In this document: one piece after another, positions 17,065 through 20,000 of the stretch
Layout: every line of letters starts with the position of its first letter
How positions within the stretch are numbered: the stretch's first letter is position 1
Source of the DNA: an uncultured virus (IMG/VR IMGVR_UViG_3300010938_000024)
Lineage: Duplodnaviria > Heunggongvirae > Uroviricota > Caudoviricetes
DNA: 20,000 bases
Direction: 5' to 3' (one strand)
IMG/VR virus record: IMGVR_UViG_3300010938_000024
Position numbers and translations under genes: made by a program
The notes under the pieces: model-generated
Databases searched by the model: none
The model's input: only the letters and a program-made list of their open reading frames with translations
What the model was told of the DNA's origin: nothing

Positions 17065-17136
17065 ATCCACCTAAAAAACTCTTTACCTGGATTAACCTGG
17101 GTAGAAATCCACCCTTATTTCAATAATATCTGAACC

Positions 17137-18753
17137 TCAAATTACTATAAAATCTGATAATACAAATTGAACTAATTTACTGGAAGGATTTAAAATAGAT
17201 TCATCTGTTATCACTTTCCATTTGCCATTTTTCTGCTCAATTTTAGCAGAAAATCTAGTAAAAGGAACTTCAACAAGAGCTTTAGGAGATACCTCCGAAA
17301 TTATACGAAATATCTCCGCAGCTTCCACTGATTCTCCAGGAGCTATTGAATATAAATATTCATTAATTTTAGTCTTTATCGTATCTATATCCAAAACCCC
17401 TGATATTTTCCTAACTACAATTGTAACTAATCCATATAAATATCTATAACTTAAATACTCAGAATGCAATACAGGATTTTCATTAATTACATTATTTTGT
17501 ATATCTAATTGTGTATCAAATATATCCAAAATAACCTTAAATTTTGAAACTCCCAATGTATCCAAACTATTTTTATTAGCCCAGATCTCCACTTTATCTA
17601 AATAAGAACCGAAATAATTCTTATTTCCTTTTAACAAAAAAATCCAGTTTCCTCCCTCATTGTAATTCCCCTGACCATATTTTCCTTTAACTTCACTGGG
17701 ATCTAAAGTTTTAAAATACCTGGAACCTACAGGAAAAGAATTCCCACTTGTATCCTGAATATCAGTAACTCTATAAATTCTTTTCCCAGTTAATGATGAT
17801 GTGTTTTTAAAAACATCAAAATTATCAGTATCAGATAAATCAATAGTTAATATTCTGTAAATTAAATTATTCCTAAAACTCTTTTTTTCAGGAAGCTCAG
17901 ATATATCTATTATCTCAGACATTACATTACTTAAATTCTTTTTTCTCAAAAACCAACCCTGATTAACCACTGAAGTTTTACAATATATATCTACAGCTGT
18001 TCCTACATGAACATTCTCAACTAAATCTCTCGTAACTTCTGAAGAACCACAACCATAACTGTACAATGCATCCACAGGATATAAACTTTTAATAACAGTA
18101 AAAATAGCATCATTTTGAACTAATTCTCTGGTAGCTAAAGACCTTTGTATTTTAGCATACAAATCTTCATTTGTTTCTTTCACAGAACTACCAGAGGGAA
18201 CTAAAAAACTATCATTCCCTATTAAATCATAAGATGTAGGAGTAATTCCTTCTACTCTAATAATTTCATCAGCTAAAGTTTTATAATCCTCTCCTACATC
18301 CTCTGCAATCACTGGAAAAATAATAAAATACATATTCTTAACAGAATCAAAATTAGATTCTATTTCATCTTTACTAAATGTATAAAAATCTTTAGCAAAA
18401 AATTTTGCCTCAGATTTATTATACACCGTAGTTAAAGGAGTTATATATGCCTTATCAGGTGCTGTTACATAATATATCTTTACATTTCCTTGATATTTAT
18501 CTTGAACTGCTCTCTGAACTAAAAAATTAGAAGCCAAAGAATCCATAGATTCTTCAGCCATTTCATTAAAATTCTTAAGATATAAATAAGAATTTACTAC
18601 TCTATATTTAACCCAAATATCAGATAAAACCGCATTTAAAGCTTTTACAAAAAATTCATAATAAGGAGTTCCAGGACGAATATCTGCATCCGGGAACTCC
18701 TCATTCAAAACTTTCTGTATAAACTGCTCTAAATTTAATTCCTCATCTGCCAT
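17137..18753 (-). CDS. Baseplate J-like protein (538 aa)
   Basis: DIRPGTPYYEFFV, MDSLASNFLVQR, G.VKIY, VIAE.VGEDY, ETNEDLYAKI, GTAVDIY and IKTKINEYLYSIAPGESV are hallmark baseplate J motifs. Confidence 0.82.
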   Translation of the reverse strand: MADEELNLEQFIQKVLNEEFPDADIRPGTPYYEFFVKALNAVLSDIWVKYRVVNSYLYLKNFNEMAEESMDSLASNFLVQRAVQDKYQGNVKIYYVTAPDKAYITPLTTVYNKSEAKFFAKDFYTFSKDEIESNFDSVKNMYFIIFPVIAEDVGEDYKTLADEIIRVEGITPTSYDLIGNDSFLVPSGSSVKETNEDLYAKIQRSLATRELVQNDAIFTVIKSLYPVDALYSYGCGSSEVTRDLVENVHVGTAVDIYCKTSVVNQGWFLRKKNLSNVMSEIIDISELPEKKSFRNNLIYRILTIDLSDTDNFDVFKNTSSLTGKRIYRVTDIQDTSGNSFPVGSRYFKTLDPSEVKGKYGQGNYNEGGNWIFLLKGNKNYFGSYLDKVEIWANKNSLDTLGVSKFKVILDIFDTQLDIQNNVINENPVLHSEYLSYRYLYGLVTIVVRKISGVLDIDTIKTKINEYLYSIAPGESVEAAEIFRIISEVSPKALVEVPFTRFSAKIEQKNGKWKVITDESILNPSSKLVQFVLSDFIVI

Positions 18754-19132
18754 TTGTTTTTAATTTTACTACTTTCTTTACTCCATTGTCAATTTTTTCT
18801 GCTTTCTCTAAATTATATATCTTTATTACAGGCTTAATTGTAATTAACTGCCTTAAATTCCTTTCTTCAGAAATTTCTTTTATTTTCTTAGTATTTACTT
18901 TTGGCTTTAATTCTATTACCTCCTCATATATACCATACTTCTTCAAAATATCCTCATCCGTAATAGCTACCTCATGAACCTCTTTCTTAATAATAAAATT
19001 TTCTATTTCAATAGCCTGATTGTTCTTCATCAAACCTAATAAATCATTCCTAATTAACTCCTCCTTCTTTTCTAGTAATTCTCTCTGCTTCTTTATCTCT
19101 ATCAATTCTTTTGCCATTTTTTTTACACTCAT
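18743..19132 (-). CDS. Hypothetical phage protein with N-terminal coiled coil (129 aa)
   Basis: Start revised to the ATG at 19132 after GGAGG. A K/E-rich helix is followed by D...L....G...V..KV..KK, loosely like Gam/Gp157-type small phage proteins. Confidence 0.65.
   Translation of the reverse strand: MSVKKMAKELIEIKKQRELLEKKEELIRNDLLGLMKNNQAIEIENFIIKKEVHEVAITDEDILKKYGIYEEVIELKPKVNTKKIKEISEERNLRQLITIKPVIKIYNLEKAEKIDNGVKKVVKLKTNGR
18763..18792 (-). promoter_or_regulatory. Sigma70-type promoter inside the upstream CDS, near-leaderless transcript for baseplate J
   Basis: TTGACA (18792-18787), 18 bp, TAAAAT (18768-18763), 9 nt, ATG (18753). No SD at usable spacing. Confidence 0.65.
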
Positions 19133-19142
19133 TTTTTCCTCC

Positions 19143-19178
19143 AAAAAAAAAGCAAGGGGTTTTACTCCCCTTGCTTTT
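19143..19178 (-). terminator. Intrinsic (rho-independent) terminator
   Basis: Minus strand AAAAGCAAGGGG-AGTAAAA-CCCCTTGC followed by T9, 4 nt after the upstream stop codon. Confidence 0.85.
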
Positions 19179-19182
19179 AAAA

Positions 19183-19728
19183 TTATTTTTTTAATTCTAT
19201 TAACGACTCATATATAGCCTCTTTAAGACTATCGGGGTCTTTCTTAAAATACCTAATCCAGTTTTTGTGGATGGTCACAAACCCATCCTTTACTGGACGA
19301 TAGTACTTATTTCTAAGTACTACCTCTACTTTCTTTTTGTTATCATCTTCTTCCGGGATATAAAACACCTTAAATCCGTGAAGGAAATAAGGTGTTTCAC
19401 CTAAACATGAAATTCTACAGTTGGGGGATTCATATTTCCCATATATAATCCTATCATTCAAATTACGGGATATTTCTTCTGAAATATCCCACAATTGAAT
19501 ACCTATTTCTTTAAAATCAAGGAACATTTTTGTTCCTTGATTTATACAACTTTTACAAATTCTATCTATGACTTCTTTATCAGACGGGAGTTTTACTTTA
19601 TACCTTTTCCCATTTATTTCAAAACAATCTACTCCCTCTTTTGAATCCTGAGGGAGGATTTCTAATCTATCTTTTACACCCGCTTTTATACGGGTGTAAT
19701 TGCAAATACTACACTTGAAAATTTCCAT
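19183..19728 (-). CDS. Hypothetical protein with two CxxC motifs (putative Zn ribbon; 181 aa)
   Basis: Start revised to the ATG at 19728 after AAGGAGGT. Contains CSIC and CKSC. Confidence 0.7.
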   Translation of the reverse strand: MEIFKCSICNYTRIKAGVKDRLEILPQDSKEGVDCFEINGKRYKVKLPSDKEVIDRICKSCINQGTKMFLDFKEIGIQLWDISEEISRNLNDRIIYGKYESPNCRISCLGETPYFLHGFKVFYIPEEDDNKKKVEVVLRNKYYRPVKDGFVTIHKNWIRYFKKDPDSLKEAIYESLIELKK

Positions 19729-19747
19729 TTTAAACCTCCTTATTTTT

Positions 19748-19891
19748 TTATCTCTTTGGTTTTGGCTTTCTAATGCTATACATATTAACCTCCTTCTGAG
19801 AAGTTTCAATTTTCCCAAGAAGGAATTTCCTTAAATAAATAGGAGGATCCCCTGGACGAGGAAAATCCTCCTTTATTATTTTTTTATCCAT
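19748..19891 (-). CDS. Small ORF (47 aa) with an in-frame internal start giving an 11-aa peptide
   Basis: Not in the track. AAGGAGGTGA SD, then MDKKIIKEDFPRPGDPPIYLRKFLLGKIETSQKEVNMYSIRKPKPKR. A second SD (AAGGAGGT) precedes the ATG at 19783. Confidence 0.55.
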   Translation of the reverse strand: MDKKIIKEDFPRPGDPPIYLRKFLLGKIETSQKEVNMYSIRKPKPKR

Positions 19892-20000
19892 TTATCACCT
19901 CCTTTACAATCTCAATGAATGACTTGTGTCATTGAGACAATTGTTCCCGTCTTTGGGGAGCCACCTATTTTACTCCGGCCTCCCCATCCAGACTCTACTT

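Noticed and set aside
13175..17120. Terminal inverted repeats making the cassette a transposon (AAAAGGGGGTGATT versus AATAAGGGTGGATT)
   Set aside because: The match is short and imperfect, and I see no target-site duplication and no transposase or integrase.
17222..19217. Plus-strand ORFs 17222..17449, 18786..18977 and 19020..19217
   Set aside because: Antisense to baseplate J and its neighbours. The F/L/I/S richness reflects K/E codons on the opposite strand.
19729..19818. Extended N-termini given in the ORF track (also at 16223, 14797, 14119, 19144 and 1237)
   Set aside because: Downstream ATGs have strong, well-spaced SDs, and the extensions overlap other ORFs or SD sites.
1..20000. Stop-codon recoding, CRISPR array, intein or DGR
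   Set aside because: Genes are intact and densely packed in code 11 with TAA, TGA and TAG all used as stops. I saw no repeat-spacer array, intein motifs, reverse transcriptase or TR/VR pair.

Overview
Very AT-rich segment of a double-stranded DNA phage, probably a myovirus (baseplate J-like gene), with every credible gene on the minus strand. In transcription order (right to left) it has four parts. (1) A structured leader with small ORFs and a Zn-ribbon protein, a terminator, a coiled-coil protein and a baseplate J-like gene. (2) A 7-gene accessory cassette (13226-16991) that interrupts the baseplate genes: a Csx15/16/20-like candidate ring nuclease, an HGG/GFDCAH protein, a Ycf46-type AAA+ ATPase, DUF1257-like, DUF2997-like, a Cys-rich microprotein and DUF3150-like. 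(3) A baseplate/tail-fibre block ending in a permuted papain-like amidase. (4) A replication operon: DnaB helicase, DnaG-type primase, Arc-like RHH regulator, a hypothetical protein, and a DNA polymerase with a degenerate N-terminal UDG-like domain, missed by the ORF track and running off the left edge. Three structural genes share a sigma70 promoter design (18-bp spacer, no Shine-Dalgarno) that predicts leaderless or near-leaderless mRNAs. All family calls come from motif recognition by eye, not from database searches.
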